From contig NC_086108.1 in assembly GCF_963921235.1 (NCBI RefSeq), forward strand, positions 61,010,001-61,074,000: a stretch of 64,000 nucleotides of DNA. Reading direction: 5' to 3'. The DNA comes from Mobula hypostoma (taxonomy: Eukaryota). Of the stretch, positions 24,225-36,254 are shown in pieces. The position numbers and the translations under genes were made by a program. The notes under the pieces were generated by a model. The model worked only from the letters and a program-made list of their open reading frames with translations. It made no database searches and was not told the origin of the DNA. The number at the start of each line of letters is the position of its first letter. The first letter of the stretch is position 1.

Positions 24225-26626
24225 AGAGGGAAGGGGCAGAGACCCTATAAAGGAGGTGGGGGGGAGGGTGGGAAGGAGAAGGCTGGTAGGTTCCGGGTGA
24301 AAAAACAGTAAGGGGAAAGATAAAGGGGTGGGGGAGGGGAAGCAGGGAGGTGATAGGCAGGAAAGGTGAAGAAGGAATAGGGGAAAACACAATGGGTAGT
24401 AGAAGGAGGTGGAACCATGAGGGAGGTATAGGCAGCTCGGGGAGGGGGAAGAGTGAAATAGAGTTTGGGGAAGGGAGGGAGAAGGAATTACCGAAAGTTG
24501 GAGAATTCAATGTTCATACCAAGGGGCTGGAGACTACCTAGATGGTATATGAGGTGTTGCTCCTCCAACCTGAGTTTAGCCTCATCATGGCAGTAGAGGA
24601 GGCCATGTATGGACATATCCGAATGGGAGTGGGAAGCAGAGTTGAAGTGGGTGGCTACCGGGAGATCCTGTTTGTTGTGGCAGATGGAGTGGAGGTGCTC
24701 GACGAAGTGGTCCCCCAATCTGCGTCGGGTTTCACTGATATAGAGGAGGCCACACCAGGAGCACTGGATGCAATAGATGACCTCAACAGACTCACAAGTG
24801 AAGTGTTGCCTCATCTGGAAGGACTGTTTGGGGCCCTGATTAGTAGCAAGAGAGGAGATGTAGGGACAGGTATAGCACTTACACTTATAGGGATAAATGC
24901 CGGGTGGGAGATCCGTGGGGAGGGATGTGTGGATCAGGGAGTCGCGGAGGGACCGATCCCTGCGGAAAGCAGAGAGGGATGGAGACTTCCAGTTCCCTGG
25001 TCCTAACCGCTTCATTTTCACTATGGATGTGCCATCCTTATACACCTCCATTCCCCATCAAGAAGGCCTCAAAGCCCTCCGCTACTTTCGGACAATAGAC
25101 CTCACCAGTTCCCCACCACCACTACCCTCCTCCAGTTGGCGGAACTGGTTCTCACACTCAATAACCTCTCTTTTGGCTCTTCCCACTTTCTTCAGTCTAA
25201 GGGTGTAGCTATGGGAACTCGCATGGGACCCAGCTACGCCTGCCTCTTCGTTGGTTATGTGGAACAGTCTCTGCTCCAAACCTATTCTGATACTGCTCCC
25301 CAACTTTTCCTTTGGTACATTGACGACTACATTGGTGCTGCTTCCTGCACCCATGCTGAGCTCATTAATTTCATCGACTTTACTTCAAACTTCCACCCAG
25401 CCCTCAAATTCACTTGGTCTATCTCGCACACTTCTCTCCCCTTTCTCAATCTCTCAGTCTGCATCTCTGGAGACAGGCTGTCCACTGATATCTTCTACAA
25501 GCCCACTGACTATCATAACTGACTATACCTCTTCCCACCCCATCACATGCAAAAATGCCATTCCCTATTCCCAGTTCCTCCATCTCCGCCGCATCTGCTC
25601 CCAGGATGAGGCTTTCCGTTCCAGGACATCTCAAATGTCCTCTTTCTTTAAGGATTGTGGTTTCCCTTCTGCCATTATCAATGATGCCTTCACCCGCATC
25701 TCCTCCATATCCCTCACTTCGGCCTGACCCCATCCTCCTGCCACCACAACAGGGACAGAGTTCCCCTTGTCCTCACCTACCACCCCACCAGCCTCCGGAT
25801 CCAGAACGTTATCCTCCACAGCTTCTGCCACCTTCAACAGGACCCCACCACTAAGCACATCTTTCCCTCTTCACGCCCTCCGCTTTCCGCAGGAATCGGT
25901 CTCTCTGTGACTCCCTGATCCACGCATCCCTCCCCATGGATCTCCCACCTGGCACTTATTCCTGTAAGCATAAGTGCTACACCTGTCCCTACACCTCCTC
26001 TCTTGGCACTATTCAGGGCCCCAAACAGTCCTTCCAGGTGAGGCAACACTTCACTTGTGAGCTGTTGCGGTCATCTATTGCATCCGGTGCTCACGGTGTG
26101 GCCTCCTCTACGTCGGTGAAACCTGACACAGATTGGGGGACCGCTTCGTCGAGTACCTCCACTCCATCTGCCACAACAAACAGGATCTCCCAGTAGCCAC
26201 CCACTTCAACTCTGCTTTCCATTCCTAGTCGGATATGTCCATACGTGGCCTCCTCTACTGCCATGATGAGGTTAAACTCAGGTTGGAGGAGCAACACCTC
26301 ATATACCGTCTTGGTAGTCTCCAGCCCCCCTGGTATGAACATAGAATTCTCCAACTTCTGGTAATTCCGTCCCCCTCCCTTCCCCTATCTCTATTTCACT
26401 CTGTCCCCTCCCCCAGCTACCTATCACCTCCCTCATGGTTCCACCTCCTTCTACTACCCATTGTGTTTTCCCCTATTCCTTCTTCACCTTTCCTGCCTAT
26501 CACCTCCCTGCTTCCCCTCTCCCACCCCTTTATCTTTCCCCTTACTGTTTTTTCACCTGGAACCTACCAGCCTTCTCCTTCCCACCCCCCCCCACCTTCT
26601 TTATAGGGCCTCTGCCCCTTCCCTCT

Positions 26627-26666
26627 TCAGTCCTGACGAAGGGTTCTGACCTGAAACGTTGACTGA
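26627..26666 (+). ncRNA. Minimal type I hammerhead ribozyme (PLE)
   Basis: TCAGTC-CTGACGA-AGG gttctga CCT-GAAA-CGTT-GACTGA; intact catalytic core. Confidence 0.78.
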
Positions 26667-26904
26667 TCGTTTCCACGGATGCTGCCCGACCTGCTGATTT
26701 CCTCCAGCATGTTGTGAGTGTTGCTTTGACCCCAGCATCTGCAGATTATTTTGTGGCGTATATTATCATTTGCTTCCAAGTACCCCAAAACCGCATCCTA
26801 AACAATCGACTCCAACATCTTCCCAGCCACTGAGGTCAGACTAATTGGCCTATAATTTCCTTTTTTCTGCCTCTCTTCCTTCTTGAAGAGTGGAGTGACA
26901 TTTG

Positions 26905-27595
26905 TGTAAGGGGGTTTTGTCTTTTATTGCGTAAACTAATTTAAATGGCTTCTTTGTTACATTATACTGGGGAATGCTTCTTTGTTATGTTAAATGCTGA
27001 GAAAGTCTGTAGCTAGACATTTGCTTGGGTTAGTACAGAGAGCAGGGTGCTATTAACCAATTGGGATAGTTGTTATGATTTTGGTGTATCTGGAAGATTT
27101 GTATGCGCGGGGTTTTGGGACAGAAGGCGGGAGAGAGAGACAGAGAATGGACCAGGTGTTGTGAGTCTGCTAACGGGATTGGACCCCGAGTGGGGCGTTT
27201 GGCGAGGAGGGGAGATGGAGACGGATTCGTGTGGAGCGTCTGGTCGACCACTGTTGTTGGTCCCAGGCGGCCGGTCGAGGCGGTCCGAGGGGTCGCAGGG
27301 TGAAGAAGAAGGGTCCTGAGCTCCAAAGTTTTTTGTGCACGAAGAGATTGAACTTTGATAAGTGCGGCGCCTTCTATTTTTCTTTTATATTTTATCTTCT
27401 ATTAATTATATAGTTCCAGTAATATCTATAATCTGTAAATCATTTAAATGTAGCTGGTGTATTGTCTGTTATTTGGGCGGGGTGGGGTACATCACACAGC
27501 ATCCACACAAACTATTACCCAGTTTGGCGGGGCCGAGGCTGCTTCCCCAGACAACAGCGAGCTAAGTGACTCTGAGGCTGGCCAGGGGGGCTACA
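26905..27595 (-). mobile_element. Solo LTR, 691 bp
   Basis: TGTA...TACA termini; 4-bp TSD TTTG at 26901-26904 and 27596-27599; AATAAA on minus near 26923; inserted in CR1. Confidence 0.88.
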
Positions 27596-28889
27596 TTTGT
27601 AATTTTTCCGTCTTCCTGAACCATTCCAGAATCTAGTGATTCTTGAAAGATCATTGCTAATGTCTTTACAATCTCTTTAGCCACCCCTTTCACAACCCTG
27701 GGGTGTATGCCATCTGGTTCAGGTGACTTATCTACTCTCAGACCTTTCAGTTTCTCATGAGCATTCTCTCTAGTAATGGTAACTTCATACTCTTCATGAC
27801 CGCTGTCTCCTGGAACTTTGATATACTGCCAGTGTCTTCTGCAGTGAAGACTGATGAAAAATACTTATTCAGTTCATCCACCATTTCCTTGTCCCCCATT
27901 ACTACCTCTCCAGCATCGTTTATGGGTAGTCCAATATCCACTTTCACCACAATTTTATACTTTACATAAAAGACTTCCCTTGTTAGCCTGGTTGTGTGAT
28001 CTTGCCTTTATAATACTTCTTCCTTGTTGGGATGTATATATCCTATGCCTTCCGAATTGCTTCCAGAAATTCCAGCCATTGCTGCTCTGCTATCATCCCT
28101 ACCAGTGTTCTTTTCTAATCGATTCTGGTCAATTCCTCTCTCATGCCTCTATAATTTCCATTACTCCTTAGTAATACTGATACATCTGACTTTAGCTTCT
28201 CCTTCTAAAATTTCAAAGTGAATGTGATCATATTATGATCACTTTCCCCAAGGATTCTTTTACCTTAAGCTCTCTAGTCAATTTTGGTTCACTGCACAAC
28301 ACCCAATCCAGAATAGCTAGTGGGTTCAACCATGAGCTGGTCTAAAAAGCCATCTCATAGGCATTCTGAAAACTCCCCCTCTTGGAATCCCACACCAACC
28401 TGATTTTCTCTATCTAACAGCATATTGAAATGCCCCAAGACTAATGTAATGTTGCCCTTTTGGCATGCATTTTCTATCTCCCATTGTAACTTGTAGACCA
28501 CATTCTCACTACTGTTTGGGGTACTTGTTTCTCATTGGCTTTTTTGTTTGCTTTAAGATACTGATCAATTTGCTCGGTATACAAAATCTAGTTATCTCTT
28601 CTGCAATCGAATGCATCAATCTTTCCAATGTTGCTAGCCATTTCTGCATTTTTTAAAAATTTCTGATTATTGTCTCCTGGTACTCACTCTTTATGAACCT
28701 GTGAATTTGTCCGTTTTCATCCTTTTTCATAACTCTACCATATCTGTCCCTTCCAAAGAACAGATGCTGTGCTTTTTTTTTTAACTCGACCATTTCTCGC
28801 TGTGCGTTTTTAAAAAATCCTGAGCTTCTTATTGTGCTTCAACAGGTTGGTAGGCATTTCAGGTTCACTTAAAACTTACTGGTCACCAC

Positions 28890-29134
28890 TGTTATGTTTA
28901 GTAACTCCAAAACATAAAAACTAACTGGAAGTAAAAGATGGGATCCCGAGGGAATGGGTCTTTATAACGTTTTTACTTTAAATGAGACTCGCACGTATAA
29001 CGTGGTGGTGTGATGGTATATGACATTTATGTACTTTAAAATATATGATTTAATTAAACAAGCACAGTTCTTAATCAAACAATATTTACAATATTACTCA
29101 AATACTGTATAACTGAAATATTAAATTCACAACA
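28890..29134 (-). mobile_element. Gypsy solo LTR, about 245 bp
   Basis: TGTTATG...CACAACA termini; homologous to the LTR at 22155-22407. The flanks CCAC/TTAC are an imperfect TSD. Confidence 0.65.
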
Positions 29135-29662
29135 TTACAGTTCTTCCAAAGTAGAAAACCTTTAATACTGTATGGATGTGATGGTATAGCTTCTGCCCTT
29201 AGTTCCACTGTGGCTCTTGAAACCACAAGTTACTGATTTGAAAATGAGAAATTCTGGCTGAGCCAAGCTGACATTTAGATGGAGTATTTGGACTGTAAGA
29301 ATCCATGGAGTGCAGGAAGTTTAGTCATTTAGTCAAAGAAAATTAGAATTTCAGTTTTCTTTTGCAAGAATTAATTGACACTTCTATAGCATGATCAAAC
29401 CGCACTAGAGACTAGAAAATGATCAATAAGATGGTGCATTTCAGATGCATGGGTGAATATACAGTATGTGTATACCTGTAATGATATATACATATATAAA
29501 ATGATTGTTAGAATTGTAATCTGCCTGTATTTAAATGGTGCACAAAACAATTCTAAGTTTGGCATCAGTATAATGTTTTTAAAGTGAAATTTGTTGCTTT
29601 CAAATGTATATCCTCTTTGCATGTCCAGGGCTGGAAATTAACATATCTGCTTTATGATAAAG

Positions 29663-29804
29663 TCCAGATTTAGGCATCTGCAGAGGCCGGCCATATTTGG
29701 TGGCAGCCAGTGCATTGGATCTCTTTGGGAAGAAGTTACCTGCCAGACTTCGAAGCAATGTGTATCAACTAATACCTGTAGTGATCAGTTTCAATGCAGT
29801 TTAG
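29663..29804 (+). CDS. C8A: C8 alpha exon 3 (TSP1 end, LDLRA start)
   Basis: SRFRHLQRPAIFGGSQCIGSLWEEVTCQTSKQCVSTNTCSDQFQCSL(G). AAG acceptor in phase 0; ends in phase 1 at a GC donor (AG|GCAAGT). Confidence 0.9.
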
Positions 29805-30004
29805 GCAAGTAACTCTATAAATTATAATTAAAGAAAAGAATATTGACATCTAACTAATAAATCATCTATCTCTTTCCTGAGAAGATTACTAATTGAGTTC
29901 TTGGACAGCATGCTGCGTTAGTATTTTTGTATTTCTTCCCTCCTTTCTAAAGTTTTTCTTGAAAAATAATTAAAGATGCAAATATCATCAATATCTGATC
30001 TTTT

Positions 30005-31360
30005 TAGAAAACATAGAAAATGTACAGCACAATATAGGCCCTTCAGCCCACAATGCTGTGCCGAACATGTACTTACTTTAGAAATTACATAGGGTTATCC
30101 ATCGCCCTCTATTTTTCTAAGTTCTATGTATCTATCCAGAAGTCTCTTAAAAGACCCTATCATATCCACCTCCACCACCGCCGCCGACAGCCCATTCCAC
30201 GCACTCACCACTCTCTGCGATAAAACTTACCCCTGACATCTCCTATGTACCTACTTCCAAGCAGCTTAAACCTGTGTCCTCTCATGATAGCCATTTCAGC
30301 CCTGGGAAGAAAACCTCTGACTATCCACACGATCAATGCCTCTCATCATCTTACACACCTCTATCAAGTCACCTCTCATCCTCTGTTGCTCCAAGGAGAA
30401 AAGGCCAAGTTCACCTAACCTATTCTCGTAAGGCATGCTTCATTATCCAGGCAACATCCTTGTAAATCTCCTCTGCACCCTTTCTATAGTTTCCACATCC
30501 TTCCTGTAGTGAGGTGACAAGAACTGAGCACAGCACTCTAAGTGGTGTCTGACCAGGGTTCTATATAACTATAACATTATCTCTCAGCTCTTAAATTCAA
30601 TCCCACGGTTGATGAAGGCCAATGCACAGTAGGCCTTCTTAACCACAGAATCAACCTGTGCAGCAGCTTTGAGTGTCCTATGGACTCCAAGATCTCTCTG
30701 ATCCTCCACACTACCAAGGGTCTTACCATTAATGCTATATTCTGCCATCATATTTGACCTACCAAAATGAACCACCTCACACTTATCTGGATTGACTCCA
30801 TATGCCACTTCTCAGCCCAGTTTTGCATCCTATCAATGTCCTGCTGTAACCTCTGACAGCCCTCCACACTATCCACAAAACCCCAACCTTTGTGTCATCA
30901 GGAAATTTACTAACCGATCCCTCCACTTCCTCATCCAGGTCACTTACAAAAATCATGAAGAGTACGGCTCCCAGAACAGATTCCTGAGGCACACCACTGG
31001 TCACTGACCTCCATGCAGAATATGACCCATCTACAACCACACTTTACCTTCTGTGGGCAAGCCAGTTCTGGATCCACAAAGCAATGTCCCCTTGGATACC
31101 ATGCCTCCTTACTTTCTCAATAAGCCTTATATGGGGTACCTTATCAAATGGCTTGCTAAAATCTATATATACTACATTTACGGCTCTACCTTCATCAATA
31201 TGTTTAGTCACATCCTCAAAAAATTCAATCAGGCTTGTAAGGCATGACCTGCCTTTGACAAAGCCATGCTGACTATTCCTAATCATATTATGCTTCTCCA
31301 AATGTTCATAAATCCTGCCTTTCAGGATCTTTTCCATCAACTTACTAACCACTGAAGTAA
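30005..31360 (-). mobile_element. CR1 LINE 3' part (second subfamily)
   Basis: SQHGFVKGRSCLTSLIEFFE and [10 protein letters not shown] motifs; ATAGAAAC-type tail. Confidence 0.9.
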
Positions 31361-31495
31361 GAATAGAATAGAATTTTTATAGAATAGAAATTTACAACAT
31401 TCAGTACCACAAGTTCTGGATATTGCATGAGTTTGGGGAATCCAGACATCCAAACACCTGCTGTTTTACTCATTACCAGTAATCTTTTCACTTCT

Positions 31496-33948
31496 TCGGC
31501 AAGGACTCTTCCACCCCCACCGATGACCCCTTCTGTCTTCAACCCTCCTCTTCTTCATGGACACCCCGCTCTGGTCTTCTGTCTGCTCTGGATCTCTTTA
31601 TTGCTAACTGCCGACGGGACATCAACCGTCTCGACTTCACCGCACCTTGTCCCCCTTCCAACCTCACTCCTTCGGAACGCTCTGCTCTCCACTCCCTCCG
31701 CACTAATCCTAACCTTATTATTAAACCCGCTGATAAGGGGGGTGCTGTTGTAGTCTGGCGTACTGACCTCTACCTTGCCGAGGCGCAGCGACAACTCGCG
31801 GATACCTCCTCTTATTTACCCCTCGATCGTGACCCCACTAAGGAGCACCAGGCTATTGTCTCCCACACCAAAACCGACTTTATCCGCTCAGGGGATCTCC
31901 CATCCACTGCTACCAACCTTATAGTTCCCACACCCCGCACTTCCCGTTTCTACCTCCTACCCAAGATCCACAAACCTGCCTGTCCTGGCCGACCTATTGT
32001 CTCAGCTTGCTCCTGCCCCACCGAACTCGTTTCTGCATACCTCGACACTGTTTTATCACCCCTTGTTCAATCCCTTCCGACCTATGTTCGTGACACTTCT
32101 CACGCTCTTAAACTTTTCGATGATTTTAAGTTCCCTGGCCCCCACCGCTTTATTTTCACCATGGATGTCCAGTCCTTATATACTTCCATCCCCCATCAGG
32201 AAGGTCTCAGAGCTCTACGCTTCTTTTTGGATTCCAGACCTAATCAGTTCCCCTCTACCACCACTCTGCTCCGTCTAGCGGAATTAGTCCTTACTCTTAA
32301 TAATTTCTCCTTTTGCTCCTCCCATTTCCTCCAAACTAAAGGTGTAGCTATGGGCACCCGTATGGGTCCTAGCTACGCCTGCCTTTTTGTTGGGTTTGTG
32401 GAACAATCTATGTTCCGTGCCTTTTCTGGTATCTGTCCCCCACTTTTCCTTCGCTACATCGACGACTGCATTGGTGCTGCTTCCTGCACGCATGCAGAAC
32501 TCGTTGACTTTATTAACTTTGCCTCCAACTTTCACCCTGCCCTCAAGTTTACCTGGTCCATTTCCGACACCTCCCTCCCCTTTCTAGATCTTTCTGTCTC
32601 TGTCTCTGGAGACAGCTTATCCACTGATGTCTACTATAAGCCTACTGACTCTCACAGCTATCTGGACTATTCCTCTTCTCATCTTGTCTCTTGCAAAAAC
32701 GCCATCCCCTTCTCGCAATTCCTCCGTCTCCGCCGCATCTGCTCTCAGGATGAGGCTTTTCATTCTAGGACAAGGGAGATGTCTTCATTTTTTAAAGAAA
32801 GGGGCTTCCCTTCCTCCACTATCAACTCTGCTCTTAAACGCATCTCCCCCATTTCATGTACATCTGCTCTCACTCCATCCTCCCACCACCCCACTAGGAA
32901 TAGGGTTCCCCTGGTCCTCACCTACCACCCCACCAGCCTCCGGGTCCAACATATTATTCTCCGTAACTTCCGCCACCTCCAACGGGATCCCACCACTAAG
33001 CACATCTTTCCCTTCCCCCCTCTCTCTGCATTCCGCAGGGATCGCTCCCTACACAACTCCCTTGTCCATTCGTCTCCCCCATCCCTCCCCACTGATCTCC
33101 CTCCTGGCACTTATCCGTGTAAGCGGAACAAGTGCTACACATGCCCTTACACTTCCTCCCTTACCACCATTCAGGGCCCCAAACAGTCCTTCCAGGTGAG
33201 GCATCACTTCACCTGTGAGTCGACTGGGGTGATATACTGCGTCCGGTGCTCCCGACGTGGCCTTTTATATATTGGTGAGACCCGACGCAGACTGGGAGAC
33301 CGCTTTGCTGAACATCTATGCTCTGTCTGCCAGAGAAAGCAGGATCTCCCAGTGGCCACACATTTTAATTCCACATCCCATTCCCATTCTGACATGTCTA
33401 TCCATGGCCTCCTCTACTGTAAAGATGAAGCCACACTCAGGTTGGAGGAACAACACCTTATATTCCGTCTGGGTAGCCTCCAACCTGATGGCATGAACAT
33501 CGACTTCTCTAACTTCCGCTAAGGCCCCACCTCCCCCTCGTACCCCATCTGTTTCTCATTTTTATGCACACATTCTTTCTCTCACTCTCCTTTTTCTCCC
33601 TCTGTCCCTCTGAATATACCTCTTGCCCATCCTCTGGGTCACCCCCCCCGTCTTTCTTCCCGGACCTCCTGTCCCATGATCCTCTCGTATCCCCTTTTGC
33701 CTATCACCTGTCCAGCTCTCGGCTCTATCCCTCCCCCTCCTGTCTTCTCCTATCATTTTGCATCTCCCCCTCCCCCTCCAGCTTTCAAATCCCTTACTCA
33801 CTCTTCCTTCAGTTAGTCCTGACGAAGGGTCTCGGCCTGAAACGTCGACTGCGCCTCTTCCTATAGATGCTGCTTGGCCTGCTGCGTTCACCAGCAACTT
33901 TGATGTATGTTGCTTGAATTTCCAGCATCTGCAGAATTCCTGTTGTTT
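31496..33948 (+). mobile_element. Young 5'-truncated Neptune-type Penelope-like element
   Basis: Reading frame open from about 31534 to 33522: KPADKGG, FYLLPKIHK, MDVQSLYTSIP, GVAMG, YIDD, Cys linker CKRNKCYTC, VIY...YIGET GIY-YIG. 14-bp TSD ATCTTTTCACTTCT at 31482-31495 and 33949-33962. Confidence 0.96.
33815..33850 (+). ncRNA. Minimal type I hammerhead ribozyme (PLE 3' UTR)
   Basis: AGTC-CTGACGA-AGG gtctcgg CCT-GAAA-CGTC-GACT; predicted cleavage after GUC at 33846. Confidence 0.82.
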
Positions 33949-34219
33949 ATCTTTTCACTTCTATAGGCATATCATCTTGAGGGAATAAAATTCAATAATT
34001 TAAAAAGGCATGGTGGCTTTTGTGTCTCACAGAACAAATTCTGTTTTCTCCAATTTTAAGATAATTTTCATATTAGGAATTTAATTCATGAGAGCTAAAT
34101 CTGAACTGTTTTATGGCTGGAAGAAAAGCTTAGCTGGGAAAATACAGTGCAGAATAATCTTAACTGAGTCGAATATGAAGAAAGATAGCATCACTGAAAG
34201 TTGTCAGAATTACAGCAGC

Positions 34220-34445
34220 TACTAATTTCATAATTCCTGTTGCTGTCTGTAAGGAGCTTATATGTTCTCCCTGTGACCATGTGGGTTTCCTCAAGTTTCC
34301 TCGCACAGTCGGAAGGCGTACCAGTTGGTAGGCTAATTGGTCATTACAAATTGTCCTGTCATTAGGTGAGGGTGAATCCGGGGCTGCTGGGTGGCATGGT
34401 TTGAAGGGCCGGATGGGCCTATTCTGTGCTATATCTTAATAAATT
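34220..34445 (+). mobile_element. V-SINE fragment
   Basis: GCTGTCTGTAAGGAGCTTATATGTTCTCCC...GGGCCGGATGGGCCTATTCTGTGCTATATCT, homologous to 6850-7835 but with a single tail unit. Confidence 0.7.
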
Positions 34446-34495
34446 TTAAAAAAAGAAATTAATGTATCATTGAATTCATGTCAAACATTATACAG

Positions 34496-34649
34496 GTCGT
34501 TGCATTAAAAGACGTTTACAATGCAATGGTGAGAGAGACTGTGAAGATGCTTCTGATGAAGAAGTCTGCGGGGCTGCTGATCCCAATGAAATACAAACTT
34601 TCTGCAGTGGGTTGTTTTCAGTGCCTGGTTTACAAGTAATTATGAATGG
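34496..34649 (+). CDS. C8A: C8 alpha exon 4 (LDLRA domain and linker)
   Basis: TACAG acceptor, GG|GTAAGT donor. [51 protein letters not shown](G) contains the LDLRA CNG-DC-D-SDE motif. Confidence 0.95.
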
Positions 34650-36254
34650 GTAAGTCACAGCAATGATTCCTGCCTGGATTCGGATGGGCTTTATTCTTTA
34701 GCTTGCCTCTTGGCCTACAGACTCTATGTTCTGTTCCAAAGGTCACATGCTTTTATTATGCCAGACCTGGATGTTGTATGGTGCTTTCCAGCTGACAGAT
34801 CAACAGTATAGCAAAATGTAATGAGCTAGCCAAAGGTATAATACCATAGTTAATAATTAATTTTTATTGAGAGCAATTTTGGTTTGGGTGATGCTCAATA
34901 CCGATAGTCTATCAATATGGGGCAAGCAGAGATGCTTCATGGGTTCCAGATATGAGTATCTCCGACTAGCCTCACAAACAGTCATGTTCTCACACTAGCT
35001 ATCCCTGCAGGTTTTCTAATTAGAGCTAATGACTTTTTTTGTGCTGAAAATTAACCCTGTATGAACATTGATTGCAAATTATATAAATTGGCTTGTGGGA
35101 TATACTTGGAGTCTGCAGACATGTGCTATCCAGCAGCCGCAAGAAAAAATAATTTTTATTTCAATTTAAAATTAATTTAAAAGCCAAATGGTTCTCTGAC
35201 AAATCAAGAGCAACACTTCTTGCAACTTCTATCAACTTTACAGGAACTTATTAAAAGGGCCCTCAGGGAACAGCCCTAAAAAAATGTTCGTTCAGAAAGA
35301 TTGCAACTGGGATGATTTATACCTTGGGCTCCAGCTTACAAGAATGAGATGGAGCGGGATTTGACAAGCTGGAGAATCAGTTTGACTGAACCTTGAAGGC
35401 AGAATTAGCAGCCCTTCTTAGTAACTTACCTTCTCTTCACTTAGATATTGCTCAGATCCTGCTCAAGGTTCAAGCAATGCAGATGGGTGAGATAGTTTCC
35501 TCTCAGAGTTCCAACACATCCATCCCCTCAAAGGACAGAAGTGCTAGCGAGCAAAGAGAAGCTGCTACCCCTTGCCTCCTGCAATGTGCAATTAATGCAT
35601 CTCATGACCATGCCTGTAGATGTTTAATCTCACTGTACGAGTGTCATTTATTTGTTTATAATATAATTACAATTTCAGACATAAAGTTCTTATTCTCAAG
35701 CTGAGTCTGAATTTTTATCATGTTATGATCACACTTTCTCAAAGGATCCTTCATCATGTGATTATTATTTAATTCTACCTCATTAAACACAAGCTGATCT
35801 AAACAAATAGCTGTTTCTTCACCGGCTCCATGATAGATTCTTCAAAGAAACTCTCTGGAATTTGCTCTATGAATTTGTTCTCATGGCTCCCTTTGCCCAT
35901 ATAATTTGTCCAATCTATATGAAAATGAATGTTGCTCACAATTGTTACAGTATCTTTCTTACAAGCACCATTAATTCTTGAGTCATTCTTACCCTATAAT
36001 CACTGTAGGAGGTCTGTAGATAACTCTTATACATTACTTCTTTGCCTTCTTATGTTCTAACTCATACAAAGCTATTCTACATGACACACACATTTTCAAA
36101 GTTCTTTGCAGTCTCCTTGTATCCTCCTCACAGCTTGCTAACCTTAGGTATAGTACACACAGTCCCTTCATCCAGGTCATCAACATGGATCACATATATT
36201 TGCCTATCCTTCTAAAATAATGAGTGAACTGGAATAATAAGTTTCAATTCTTTT

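Larger units (their letters stand above)
24127..26754. mobile_element. Neptune-type PLE with inverted duplication of its 3' end
   Basis: Minus arm 24127-about 24979 (GIY-YIG + 3' UTR); plus arm about 24984-26754 (RT YIDD, GIY-YIG, 3' UTR). TSD GGC(C/G)TATATTATCA at 24113-24126 and 26755-26768. Confidence 0.92.
22842..28520 (-). mobile_element. CR1 LINE ORF2 hosting a nested PLE and a solo LTR
   Basis: ATAAGACC tail at 22842; RT motifs KGKSCLTNLLEFFEE, YVNDLDDGIDG. Sequence resumes on either side of both insertions. Confidence 0.9.

Noticed and set aside
29664..29670. CCAG at 29664-29667 as the exon 3 acceptor
   Set aside because: Gives phase 2, which does not fit the phase-0 end of exon 2; the AAG at 29660-29662 keeps frame and homology.
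31496..33948. Selenocysteine recoding as in Naiad-type PLEs
   Set aside because: No in-frame TGA in the ORF, which ends in TAA; no SECIS recognised.
33562..33988. Recurrent short ORFs such as SPDEGSRPETST and MLVNAAGQAAS seen at several loci
   Set aside because: Translations of the non-coding PLE 3' UTR and hammerhead; recurrence reflects repeat copies, not a gene family.
35393..35704. 103-aa ORF in intron 4
   Set aside because: No ATG start, no recognisable domain, and not needed for the C8A reading frame.
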